Source: Chiloscyllium plagiosum (lineage: Eukaryota). From it: a stretch of DNA of 37,070 nucleotides. How positions within the stretch are numbered: position 1 is the stretch's first letter; every line of letters begins with the position of its first letter. Location of the stretch: the NCBI RefSeq assembly GCF_004010195.1, contig NW_025215140.1, forward strand, positions 1 through 37,070, in the 5' to 3' direction. This document shows positions 20,532 to 32,403 of the stretch, in pieces. The notes under the pieces are model-generated. The model did no database searches. It was not told where the DNA came from and was given only the letters and a program-made list of their open reading frames with translations. The position numbers and the translations under genes were made by a program.

Positions 20532-23201
20532 AGCTCATTTTCAGGCCCCGACTCTGTGCGAGATGGTTAATTAAATATAACCTGGAGATTTAGAGACTCC
20601 TCATTTTAAGACACTGACTGTGTGGTGGCTGGTTAAAACTTTTATAACCAGGATATTTACAGTTTTCACAGTTTGGGGCACTGACTCTGTGCTGGCTGTT
20701 TAAATGAATAGATATAATCAGGAGATTTTGAACCTGTTCAGTTTAGGGCACTGACTCTGTGCCTTCTGGTTAAATATATAAAACCAGTATATTTAGCGTC
20801 TCCTCAGTTTTTGGGCACTCCCGCAGGTCTGGCTGATTAAATAAATATATATATATATCCAGGAGATTTAGAGTCTCCTCAGTTTCGGGCACAGACTCGG
20901 TTCTGGCTGTTTAAATATATATATAACCAGGAGACTGAGAGTCTCCTCAGTTTATGGCATTGACTGTGGGCTGGTGGCTTAAATAAATACATATAACTAG
21001 CAGATTTACAGTCTCCCCAGTTTAGGGTTCAGATTAGGTGCTGGATGGATTAATATATATAGAGAGAGAGAGAGAGCCGGGAGATTCCGAGTTGACTCAG
21101 TTTAGGGCACTGCCTCTTTGCTGTCTGTTAAAATACATATATCCAGGATATTTAGAGTCTCCTCAGTTTCGAGCACTGACTCTGGGCTGGCTGGGTCAAC
21201 ATACATAACCAGGAGATGTAGAGAATCCTCACTTTAGGTCACTGACTCTGTGCTGGCTGATTAAATATCTGCACGTAGCCAGGAGATTTAAATTCTGTTC
21301 AATTTAGGGCACTGACTCTGTGCTGGCTGGTTAAATGTACATAGCCAGGAGGGTTAGTGTCTCCTCAGTTTGCGATACTGACTCTGGGCTGGCTGGTTAA
21401 ACAAATAACTATAACCAGGAGATTTAGTGTCTGTTCAGTTTAGGGCAATTGCTCTGTGCCTGCGGTTTAAATATATATAATCAGGATGTTTAGGGTTTCC
21501 CCAGTTTTGGGCAGTGGCTCTCAACTCTACGATTAAATAAACATATATAACGAGGAGATTCAGAATCTCCTCAGTTAATGCACTGATTGCGGACTGGCGG
21601 ATTAAATAACTAGATATAACCAGATTTAGAGTCGCCTCAGTTTCCGGTTCAGACTATGTGCTGAATTTATAAATACACATAAATTACCAGGAGATTTAAA
21701 GTCTCCTCAGTTAAGGGCACTGACTCTGTGCCATCGGTTTAAATATATATATATAACCTGGAAATTTAGAGTCTGCTCATTTTAGGGCACTGACGCTGTG
21801 CTGGCTGGTTATATGTAACCAGGAGATTTAGAGTCTCCTCAGATTAGGGCACTGATTCTGTGATGTCTGGTTAAATATATATAACCAGAATATCTATAGA
21901 CTCCTCAGATTAGGGCACTGACTGTGGACTGGCAGATTAAATAAATTTATATATCTAGTAGATTTACAGTTTCCTCAGTTCAGGGCTCAGACTATGTGCT
22001 GTATAGATAAATACATATATATAAACAGGAGATTTAGAGGGTCCTCAGTCAAGGGCATTGACTCTCAGCTGCTGTTTAAATATATACAACCTGGGGATTC
22101 AGAGTCTCCTTAGTTTAGGACACTGACTCAATGCTGTCTGGTGAAATATATATATGACAAGGAGATTTAGAGACTCCTCATTTTAAAGCACTGACTGTGT
22201 GGTGGCTGGTTAAAACTTTTATAACCAGGATATTTAGAGTCTCCACATTTTGGGGCACTGACTCTGGGCTGGCTGGTTAAATGAAAAGATATAGCTAGGA
22301 GATTTAGAACCTGTTCAGTTTAGGGCCCTGACTCTGTGCCTTCTGGTTAAATATATAAAACCAATATATTTAGCATCTCCTCCGTTTTGGGCACTCTCTC
22401 AGGTCTGGCTGATAAAATAAATATATATATCCAGGAGATTTAGAATCTCCCCAGTTCAGGGCACAGACTCGGTTCTGGCTGTTTAAATATATAAATAACC
22501 AGAAGACTGAGAGTCTTCTCAGTTTATGGCACTGACTGTGGGCTGGCGGCTTAATTAAATATATATAACTAGGATATTTACAGTCTCCCAAGTTTAGAGT
22601 TCAGACTATGTGCTGGATGATTAATACATATATATATTTCGATTCTCCTCAGTTTAGGTCATTGCCTGTTTGCTGTCTGTTTAAATACATATATCCTGGA
22701 TATTTAGAGTCTCCTCAGTTTCGAGCACTGACTCTGGGCTGGCTGGGTCATAATACATAGCCAGGAGATGTAGAGAATCCTCACTTTAGGTCACTGACTC
22801 TGTGCTGGCTGGTTAAATATATGCACGTAACCAGGAGATTTAAATTCTGTTCAATTTAGGGCAATGGTCTGTGCCTGCTGTATATATATATATATATATA
22901 TAAAAAATCAGGATATTTAGGGTTTCCCCAGTTTTGGGCACTGGCTCTGAACGCTACGATTAAATAAACACATATAGCGAGGAGATTCAGAATCTCCTCA
23001 GTTAATGTACCAGGAGATTTAGATTCTTCTCATTTGGGGCAATGATTGCGGGCTGGCGGATTAAATAAATAGATATAACCAGGAGATTTAGAGTTGCCAC
23101 AGTTTAGGGCTCAGATTATGTGCTGAATTAATAAATACATATAAATTACCAGGAGATTTAAAGTCTCCTCAGTTAAGGGCACTGACTCTGTGCTGTAGGT
23201 T

Positions 23202-23248
<47 letters not shown>

Positions 23249-25690
23249 CTGGAAATTTAGAGTCTCCTCAGTTAAGGGCACTGACTCTGTCCTGTCTGTT
23301 TAAGTATATATATAAACACGAGATTCAGATTGTCCTAAGTCAAGGCAGAGACTCTGTGCTGGATGGTTAAATAAACATGCATATCCAGGAGATTTAAATT
23401 CTCCACACGTTAGGGCACTGACCCTGTGCTGGCTGATTGAATCAATATACATAATCAGGGGATTTAGAGTCTACAGAGTTATGGGCACAGCCAGCGCATT
23501 GTCTGAACCCTAAAATGAGCAGACTCTCTACCCCCTGGTTATATATCGATTTGCCCAGCCAGGCCAGAGTCAGTGCCCCAAACAGAGGAGACTCTAAATG
23601 TCCTGGTTACATATATTTATTTAACCAGCCAACAAAGATTCAGCACTGACTTTATGCTGGCTGGCTAATTTCAAAACAACAGGAGATTTAGAGTGTCCTC
23701 AGTAAAGGGCACTGTTTGTGTGCTGTCTGTTTAAATATATATAAACAGAAATTTAGAGTATCATCAGTTTAGGGCACTGACTCTGTGCTGGTTGGTTAAT
23801 ATATATATAACTAAGAGATTTAGAATCTCCTCAGTTTAGGACTCAGATTACGTGCTGGATGGATAAATACTCATAAATTACCAGCAGTTTTAGAGTCTCC
23901 TCATTTTAAGGCACAGACTACGTGCTGGCTGGTTGATTACCAGATTTAGAGTCTCCTCATTTCAAGGAACTGACTTTGTGCTGTTTGTTTAAATATATAT
24001 AACAAGGCGATTTAGAGTCTCCTCAGTTAAGGCGCTGACTCTGTGCTGTCTGGTTAATTATATATAACCAGGAGATTTAGAGTCTCCTCAGTTTCGGGCA
24101 CTGACTTTCTCCTGGTTATATATATATGTATTTATCCATCCATCACATAGTCTGAGCCCTAAACTGAGGTGACTCAAAATCTCCTGGGTATGTATATTTA
24201 TTTAACCCGCCAGCCTCAGTCAGTGCCCGAAACTAAGGAGACTCTAAATATCCTGGTTAGGTGTTTTACTTAACCAGCCAGCCCAGAGTCAGTGCCCTGT
24301 AATCGCAGCCTCTAAATCTCCTGGTTATGTATATTTATTTCGTCAGCCAGCACAGAGTCAGTGCCCCAAAATGAGGAGAACCAATCTCCTGTCTGTATAT
24401 ATTTAACCAGCCAACACAGTCAGTGCCCTAATCTGGGGAGACACTAAATCTCCTCATTATATATTTATTAAACCAGGCAGCATAGAGTCAGTGCCCGAAA
24501 CTGGGGAGACTCTAAATCTCCTGGTTATATTTAATTAACCAGCTCATTATATATATTAAACAGACAGAACAAAGTCAGTGCCCATAATTGAGTAGAGTCT
24601 AAATCTCCTGATTACGTATATTTAAATACACAGCACAGAGTCAGTGCCCGAGAAAGAGCAGACTCTAAATCTCCTGGTTATATATATTAGACCAGCCAGC
24701 ACAATGTCAGTGCTCTAAATTGTGGAGAATTTAAATCTCCTGGATGTACATGTTTATTTAACCATCCGGCACAGAGTCAGTGCTCTGGACTGAGGAGAAT
24801 CTGGATCTCGTGGTTTTACACATGTATTTAACTGGACAGTAGAAAGTCAGTGCCCTGAACTGAGGAGACGCAAAACCACCTAGTTATATCTATTTTTTTA
24901 ACCAGCCATCCCAGAGTCGGTGCCCCAAACTGAGGAGAGTCTAAATATCCTGGTTATACAAATGTGACCCAGCCACCACACAGACAGTGCCCTAAACTGA
25001 GGAAACCCAAAACATCCTGGTTATATACAATTAACCAGCCAGCACAGAGTCAGTGCCCCAAACTGATGAGACTTTAAATACTGTGGTTATTAAAGCTTTA
25101 CCCAGCCACCACGCAGTCAGTTCCAGAAAATGAGGAGACTCTAAATATCCTGGTTATATATAATTAACCAGCTCGTTACATATACTAAACAGACAGAACA
25201 GATTCAGTGCAAATAACTGAGTAGACTCTACATCTCCTGGTTATGGATTTTTAAATACACAGCACAGAGTCAGTGCCCTAGAATGAGCAGACTCTAAATC
25301 CCCTGGTGAAATATGTTTATTTAATCAGCCATCATAGAATCAGTGCCCTAAACTGAGGAGACACTAAATCTCCTGATTCTATATCATTATATAACCAGCC
25401 AGAACAGAGTCACTGCTCTAATCTGAGGAGTCTATAAATATCCTTGTTATATGTATTTAACCAGACATCACAGAATCAGTGCCCTTAACTGAGGAGACTC
25501 TAAATCTCCTGGTTACATATATTTATTTAATTCACCTGCAGAAAGTCAGTGCCCTAAACTGAGAAGACTCTGAATATTCTCGTTATAAAAGATTTAACCA
25601 GCCACCATACAACCAGTGCCCTAAACTGAGGAGATTCTAAATCTCCTAGTTATGTATATTTATGTAACCAGCCAGCACAGTGTCAGTGCC

Positions 25691-26247
25691 NNNNNNNNNN
25701 NNNNNNNNNNNNNNNNNNNNNNNNNNNNNNNNNNNNNNNNNNNNNNNNNNNNNNNNNNNNNNNNNNNNNNNNNNNNNNNNNNNNNNNNNNNNNNNNNNNN
25801 NNNNNNNNNNNNNNNNNNNNNNNNNNNNNNNNNNNNNNNNNNNNNNNNNNNNNNNNNNNNNNNNNNNNNNNNNNNNNNNNNNNNNNNNNNNNNNNNNNNN
25901 NNNNNNNNNNNNNNNNNNNNNNNNNNNNNNNNNNNNNNNNNNNNNNNNNNNNNNNNNNNNNNNNNNNNNNNNNNNNNNNNNNNNNNNNNNNNNNNNNNNN
26001 NNNNNNNNNNNNNNNNNNNNNNNNNNNNNNNNNNNNNNNNNNNNNNNNNNNNNNNNNNNNNNNNNNNNNNNNNNNNNNNNNNNNNNNNNNNNNNNNNNNN
26101 NNNNNNNNNNNNNNNNNNNNNNNNNNNNNNNNNNNNNNNNNNNNNNNNNNNNNNNNNNNNNNNNNNNNNNNNNNNNNNNNNNNNNNNNNNNNNNNNNNNN
26201 NNNNNNNNNNNNNNNNNNNNNNNNNNNNNNNNNNNNNNNNNNNNNNN
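25691..26247. other. Assembly gap (N-run)
   Basis: 557 consecutive N. Confidence 1.
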
Positions 26248-27019
26248 CTTCATGAATGGGGAGGGTGTGCCAAGCAGGCTAAGATAAAACGTAGGGAGGA
26301 GGGCTTTGGGGGAGCGGCGTTGGAAATGCGATAGATGGAAGGAGGTGAAGGTGAGGGTGATAGGCCGGAGAGGGGGGGTGGGGGGGGGGCAGAGGTCGGG
26401 AAGAAGATTGCAGGTCAAGAAGCCGGTGCTGAGTCTGAGGTTTGGGACTGAGAAAAGGTTTGGGGAGGGGAAATGAGAATGCTGGAGAAATCTGCATTCA
26501 TCCCATGTGGTTGGAGGGTTCCTAGGCGGAAGATAAGGCGCTCTTCCTCCAGGCGTACTGTTGCCATGGTCTGGTGATGGAGGAGGCCAAGGACCTGCAT
26601 GCCCTTGGCGGAGTGGGAAGGGGAGTTAAAGTGTTCAGCCATGGGGCGGTTGGGTTGGTTGGGTGCGGGTGTCCCAGAGGTGTTCCCTGAAACGTTCCAC
26701 AAGTAAACGGTCTGTCTCCCCAATGTATAGGAGGCCAAATCGGGTGCAGTGAGTGATGTGTCTGGAGGTGCAGGTGAATTTCTGATTAGTATGGAAGGAT
26801 CCCTTGGGGCCGTGGAGGGAAGTGAGGGGGGAGGTGTGGGAGCAAGTTTTGCATTTCTTGCGGTTGCAGCGGAAGGTGACAAGAGTGGAGGTTTGGTTGG
26901 TGGGGGGTGTGGATCTGACGAGGGAGTCACGGAGGGAATTGGTCTTTCCGGAACGCTGATAGAGGTGGGGAGGGAAATATATCCTTGGTGGTGGGGTCTG
27001 TTTGGAGGTGGCGGAAATA
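26248..27019 (-). mobile_element. Neptune-type PLE fragment (GIY-YIG plus 3' region) nested in a Poseidon-type copy; runs into the gap
   Basis: Encodes PMAEHFNSPSHSAKGMQVLGLLH...RLEEERLIFRLGTLQPHGMNADF. It is collinear with the reverse complement of 31330-32080. Confidence 0.88.
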
Positions 27020-27403
27020 GATCTATGTGTTTGTTTCTGGCGTCGTGGTTGGTGTGCCAGGCCTCTAGGAATTCTCTGACATGTCTGTGCTTAGCCTGTC
27101 CCAGGATAGATGTGTTGTCCCAGTCGAAATGGTGTTTTTTTTTCATCCGTGTGCAGGGCTATGAGGAAGAGAGGGTCGTGTCTTTTTGTGGCTAGCTGGT
27201 GTTCGAGTATCCTGGTGGCTAACTTTGTTCCTGTTTGTCCTACGTAGTGTTTGTGGCAGCCCTTGCATGGAATTTTGTAGACGCCGTTGGTGTTGTCCAT
27301 GGGATGTCCTGGGTCTTTTCGGTTTGTTAGCTTTTGTTTGAGAGTGTTGTTGCATTTGTGTGCTACTAGGATTCCGAAGGGTCTTAGTAGTCTGGCTGTC
27401 ATT
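27020..27403 (-). mobile_element. Penelope/Poseidon-type PLE fragment (GIY-YIG), frameshifted
   Basis: Encodes NGVYKIPCKGCHKHYVGQTGTKLATRILEH. It is a close paralog of 28784-29167. Confidence 0.88.
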
Positions 27404-28614
27404 TATTTAACCCGCCAGCCCACAGTCAGTGCACTAATCTGAGGAGTCTATAGATATTCTAGTTACATATATTTAACCAGACATCACAGAATCATTGCCC
27501 TTAACTGAAGAGACTCTAAATCTCCAAGTTATATATAATCATAGTCAGCGCCCTAAAATGAGCAGAGTTTTAATATCCTGGTTATATATGTTAATTTAAC
27601 TCACCAGCAGAACGTCAGTGCCCTAAATTGAGAAGACTCTAAATTTCCCGGTTATATATATTGAAACATCCAAACACAGTCAGTGCCCTAAACTGAGGAG
27701 ACTCTAAATCTCCTGGTTGTATCTATTTATTTAACCAGCCTGCACAGAGTCAGTGCCCTAAATTGTGGATAATTTAAATCTCTTCGATATACATGTTTAT
27801 TTAACCATCCAGCACAGAGTCAGTGCTCGAGACTGAGGAGAATCGGAATCTCATGGTTTTACATATTTATTTAACTAGCCAGTAGACATTCTGTGCCCTA
27901 AACTGAAAAGACTCTAAATCTCCTGGTAGTTTATATGTATTTATAAATTCAGCACATCGTCTGTGCTCTAAACTGAGGAGACTCTAAATCTCCTGGTTAT
28001 ATATATTAAACCAACCAACACATGAATCAGTGCCCCAAACTGAGGAGACTCTAAATATCCTGGTTATACAAATTTGAACCAGCCACCACACAGTGAGTGC
28101 CCTAAACTGTGGAGACTCAAAACATCCTGGTTATATACAATTAACCAGCCAGTACAGAGTCAGTACCCCAAACTGAGGAGACTCTAAATATCCTGGTTAT
28201 AAAAGTTTTAACCAGCCACGACACAGTCAGTTCCCAAAAATGAGGAGACTCCAAATCTCCTGGTTATATTTAATTATCCAGCTCATTATATATATTAAGC
28301 AGACAGAACAGAGTCAGTGCCCACAACTGAGTAGAGTCTAAATCTCCTGGTTATGTATATTGAAATACACAGCATTGATTCAGTGCCCTGGAATGAGCAG
28401 ACTCGAAATCTCCTGATTATATCTATTTATTTAACCAGCCTGCACAATGTCGGTGCCCTAAACTGTGGAGAATTTAAATCTCCTGGATATACATGTTTGT
28501 TTAACCATCCAGCACAGAGTCAGTGCCCTTGACTGAGGAAACACGAAACGTTCTGGTTACATATATCTATTTAACCATGGTGTAGATTTGCTCGCTGAGC
28601 TGTCGGTTTGATAT

Positions 28615-28654
28615 CCAGACGTTTCATTACCTGGCTAGGTAACATCATCAGTAG
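28615..28654 (-). ncRNA. Minimal type I hammerhead ribozyme motif overlapping the ORF stop codon
   Basis: The minus strand reads cta-CTGATGA-t-gttacct-agcc-aggtaat-GAAA-cgtc-tgg. Stem II is 7 bp, the core is intact, and stem I is 3 bp. Confidence 0.7.
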
Positions 28655-29489
28655 CGACCTCCAAGTGAAGCGAAGCTGTTGTCTCCTGCTTTCTATTTAT
28701 GTGTTTATCCTGGATGGGGTTCCTGGGGTTTGTGGTGATGTCATTTACTGTTCGTTTTCTGAGGGGTTGATAGATGGCATCTAGCTCTATGTGTTTGTTT
28801 ATGGCATTGTGGTTGCAGTGCCAGGCCTCTAGGAATTCTCTGGCATGTCTTTGCTTAGCCTGTCCCAGGATAGATGTGTTGTTCCAGTCGAAATGGTGTA
28901 TTTTTTCATCCGTGTGTCGGGCTACGAGGGAGACAGCGTCGTGTCTTTTTGTGGCTAGTTGGTGTTCGTGTATCCTGGTGGCTAACTTTGTTCCTGTTTG
29001 TCCTACATAGTGTTTGTGGCAGTCCTTGCATGGAATTTTGTAGACGACGTTGGTTTTGTCAATGGAATGTACTGGGTCTTTTAAGTGTGTTAGTTTTTGT
29101 GTGAGAGTGTTGGTGGGGTTGTTTGCGACTAGGATTCCGAGGGGTCTTAGTAGTCTGGCTGTGATTTCTGAAACGTCTTTGGTGTATGGTAAGGTGGTTA
29201 GGGTTTCTGGCTGTGCTTGGTCTGCTTGTCGTGGTTTCTTCTTGAGAAATCTGCGCACTGTATTTTTTGAGTAACCGTTCTTCTTGAATACGTTGTATAG
29301 GTGGTTCTCCTCTGTTTTCCGAAGTCCGTCTGTGCTGCAGGGCGTGGTGGCTCGTTGGAATAGTGTTCTGATACAGCTTTGTTTGGGTGTGTTGGGATGG
29401 TTGTTGGTGTCGTCAAGTACTTGGTCTGTGTTTGTCAGTTTTCTGTATATGCAGGTTGTAGTTCTCCGTTGTCCATTCCTGGACGTCAC
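28635..29489 (-). CDS. Truncated PLE polyprotein: RT thumb region plus complete GIY-YIG endonuclease (probably not expressed)
   Basis: Encodes IYRKLTNTDQVLD...HP...LFQRA...KNGY...TLPY..DVSE..ARLLRP and NVVYKIPCKDCHKHYVGQTGTKLATRIHEH...REFLEAWH. The frame is uninterrupted but has no ATG start and no RT catalytic core. Confidence 0.7.
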   Translation of the reverse strand: MTSRNGQRRTTTCIYRKLTNTDQVLDDTNNHPNTPKQSCIRTLFQRATTPCSTDGLRKTEENHLYNVFKKNGYSKNTVRRFLKKKPRQADQAQPETLTTLPYTKDVSEITARLLRPLGILVANNPTNTLTQKLTHLKDPVHSIDKTNVVYKIPCKDCHKHYVGQTGTKLATRIHEHQLATKRHDAVSLVARHTDEKIHHFDWNNTSILGQAKQRHAREFLEAWHCNHNAINKHIELDAIYQPLRKRTVNDITTNPRNPIQDKHINRKQETTASLHLEVATDDVT

Positions 29490-30928
29490 AGTCGAAAGAA
29501 GAGTCTCCTCAGTTTAGCGCACTGACTGTGTGGTGGCTGGTTAAATAAATGGATACATCCAGGAGATTTGGGGACAGTTCAGCTTAGGCCATTGACTCTG
29601 AGCTGGCTGGTTAAAGATATATAACCAGGGGATTTGGAGTCTGCTCATGTTAGGGCACTGATTCTATGCTGGCTGATTAAATAAATATACATAACCAGGA
29701 GATTTAAAGCCTGCCCATTCTTGGGCACTGACTCTCTGCTGGCTGATAAAATAAATATATATATAACCAGGAGATTCAGAATCTCCTCAGTCTACGGCAC
29801 TGACTCTGTGCTGGATGGCTAAATAAACATGTATATCCAAGAAATTTAAATTCTCCAACGTTTATGGCACTGACTCTGTGCTGGCTGGTCTAATAAATAA
29901 ATCAGGAGATTTAGAGTCTGCTCATTCTAGGGCACTGACTCTGTGCTGTGTATTTTAGTATACGCAACCAGGAGATTTAGACTCTACTCAGTTATGGGCA
30001 CTGACTTTGTTCTGTCTGTTTAATATATATAACGAGATGGTTAATTAAATATAACCAGGAGTTTTAGAGTCTCCTAAACTTAGGGCACTGACTATGGGCT
30101 GGCGGCTTAAATACATTTATATAACTAGGTGATTTACAGTTTCCTCAGTTTAGTGCTCAGACTATGTGCTGTATAGATAAATGTATGGCGATTTAGATTC
30201 TCCTCAGTTAAGGGCATTGACTCTGTTCTGCTGTTTAAATATATCCAACCAGGAGATTCCGTGTCTCCTCAGTTTAGGGCACTGACTCGATGCTGCCTGG
30301 TTAAATATATATGTATATATATATTATCAGGAGATTTGGTGTCTCCTCAGGTTAGGGCACTGACTGTATTGGCTGGTTAAATATACACAACCAGGAGATT
30401 TAGAGTCTCCTCATTTTGGGGCACTGACTCTGTTCTGGCTGACTAAATAAATATACATAACCAGGAGATTTAGAGACTGCTTATTGTAGGGCACAGTCTC
30501 TGGGCTGGCTGGTTAAGTAAAAGCATATAACCAGGATATTTATAGTCTCCTTAGTTTCGGGCACTGACTGAGGCTGGCGGATTAAATAAATAAATATAAT
30601 CAGGTGATTTAGAGTCGCCTCAGTTTAGGGCTCAGACTATGTGATGGATGAATAAATACATATATATATATATATATAACCAGGATAAAGTCAGTGCCCG
30701 AAACTGAGGAGACTCTAAATCTCCTGGTTATATATAATTAACCAGACAGCACAGAGTCAGTGCCTTAACTGAGGAGACTCTAAATCGCCTTGTTATATAT
30801 ATTTAAGCAAACAGCACTCAGTCAGTTCCTTCAAATGAGGAGACTCGAAAACTCCTGATAATTTATGTGTATTTATCCATCCAGCACGTAGTCTGAGCCC
30901 TAAACTGAGGAGATTCTAAATCTCTTAG

Positions 30929-30976
<48 letters not shown>

Positions 30977-31329
30977 CCCACCAACACAGAGGCAGTGCTC
31001 TCAACTGAGGAGACTCTAAATTCCTGGTTATATATATTTAAACAGACAGCACACAGACAGTGCCCCTGAATGAGGACACTCTAAATCTCCTGTTGTTTTG
31101 AAATTAGTCAGCCAGCATAAAGTCAGTGCTGACTCTGAGTTGGCTGGTTAAATAAATATATGCAACCAGGGCATTTAGAGTCTCCTCAGTTTGGGGTACT
31201 GACTCTGGACTGGCTGGGTAAATCGATATATAACCAGGAGATATAGAGTCTGCTCATTTTAGGGTTCAGACACTGTGCTGGCTGTGCCCATAACTGAGTA
31301 GACTCTAAATCTCCTGGTTATGTAGGGTT

Positions 31330-32200
31330 TATCCAAACAGACCACACCACCAAGGATATATTTCCCTCCCCACCCCTATCAGAGCTCCGGAAAGACCACT
31401 TCCTCTGCGACTCCCTCGTCAGATTCACACCCGCCACCAACCCAACCTCCACTCCCGGCACCTTCTCCTGCAACCGCCGGAAGTGCAAAACTTGCGCCCA
31501 GACCTCCCCCCTCACTTCCTTCGAAGGCCCCAAGGGATCCTTCCATTTCCATCAGAAAGTCACCTGCACCTCCACACACATCACTTACTGCACACAATGT
31601 GGCCTCCTATACGTTGGGGAGACAGGCCGTCTACATGAGGAACGTTTCAGGGAACACCCCTGGGTAACCCGCACCTAACAACCCAACCGCCGCTTGGCTG
31701 AACCCTTTAACTCCCACTCCCACTCCGTCAAGGACATGCAGGTCCTTGGCCAACTCCCTCGCCAGACCATGCCAACACGACGCCTGGAGAAAGAGCGCCT
31801 CATCTTCTGCCGAGGAACCCTCCAACCACATGGGATGAATGCAGATTTCTCCAGCTTTCTCATTTCCCCTCCCCCAGCTTTTCTCAGTCACAACCCTCGG
31901 ACTCAGCACCACCTTCTTGAACTGCAATTTTCTTCCCGACCTCTGCGACCCCACCCCCTCTCCGGCCTATCACCCTCACCTTAACCTCCTTCCACCTATC
32001 GTATTCCCAGCGCCCCTCCCCCAAGTCCCTCCCGCCTACCTTTTATCTTAGCCTGCTTGGCACACCCTTCTCCTTCCTAAAGAGTGGCTTAAAACCGAAA
32101 CGTTGATTCTCCTGTTCCTTTGATGCTGCCTGACCTGCTGCGCTTATTCAGCAACACACTTTCAGCTCTGATCTCCAGCATCTGCAGTCCTCACTTTTTC
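31330..32200 (+). mobile_element. Neptune-type PLE fragment, inverted duplicate of 26248-27019
   Basis: Encodes AEPFNSHSHSVKDMQVLG...RRLEKERLIFCRGTLQPHGMNADF. It ends in the PLE terminus ...ctccagcatctgcagtcctcactttttc, and its hammerhead (32077-32105) is degenerate. Confidence 0.88.
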
Positions 32201-32403
32201 CACATAGATCCAGATACCTTCTATCAACCCCTCAGAAAATGAACAGGAAATGACATCACCACAAACCCCAGGAACCCCATCCAGGAGAAAGATATAAATA
32301 GAAAGCAGGAGACAATAGCTTCACTTGGAGGTCGCCACTGATGATGTTAACTAGCCAGGTAATGAAACATCTGGATATCAAACTCAGCGAGCAAATGTAC
32401 ACC
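32201..32403 (+). mobile_element. 3' end of a Poseidon-type PLE with a hammerhead motif at 32335-32374
   Basis: Reverse-complement match to 28578-28793. The motif reads cca-CTGATGA-t-gttaact-agcc-aggtaat-GAAA-catc-tgg, with one stem II mismatch and a broken ACGT palindrome. Confidence 0.85.

Larger units (their letters stand above)
28578..29495 (-). mobile_element. 5'-truncated Penelope/Poseidon-type element with its 3' terminus
   Basis: Contains the open 284-codon frame listed below and a hammerhead-bearing end. It is inserted in the satellite at an orientation switch. Confidence 0.92.

Noticed and set aside
19697..20593. Plus-strand ORFs over PLEs (also 26749-27195, 28774-29517 and 36663-37059 on minus)
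   Set aside because: These are antisense or alternative frames of transposon coding sequence.
24107..25690. Hammerhead in the satellite monomer (CTGAGGA fits CUGANGA on one strand)
   Set aside because: No stem II follows, and TAAA stands where GAAA is required.
24107..25690. V(D)J recombination signal array (cacagag resembles the heptamer)
   Set aside because: There is no ACAAAAACC-like nonamer at 12 or 23 bp and no Ig/TCR coding segments.
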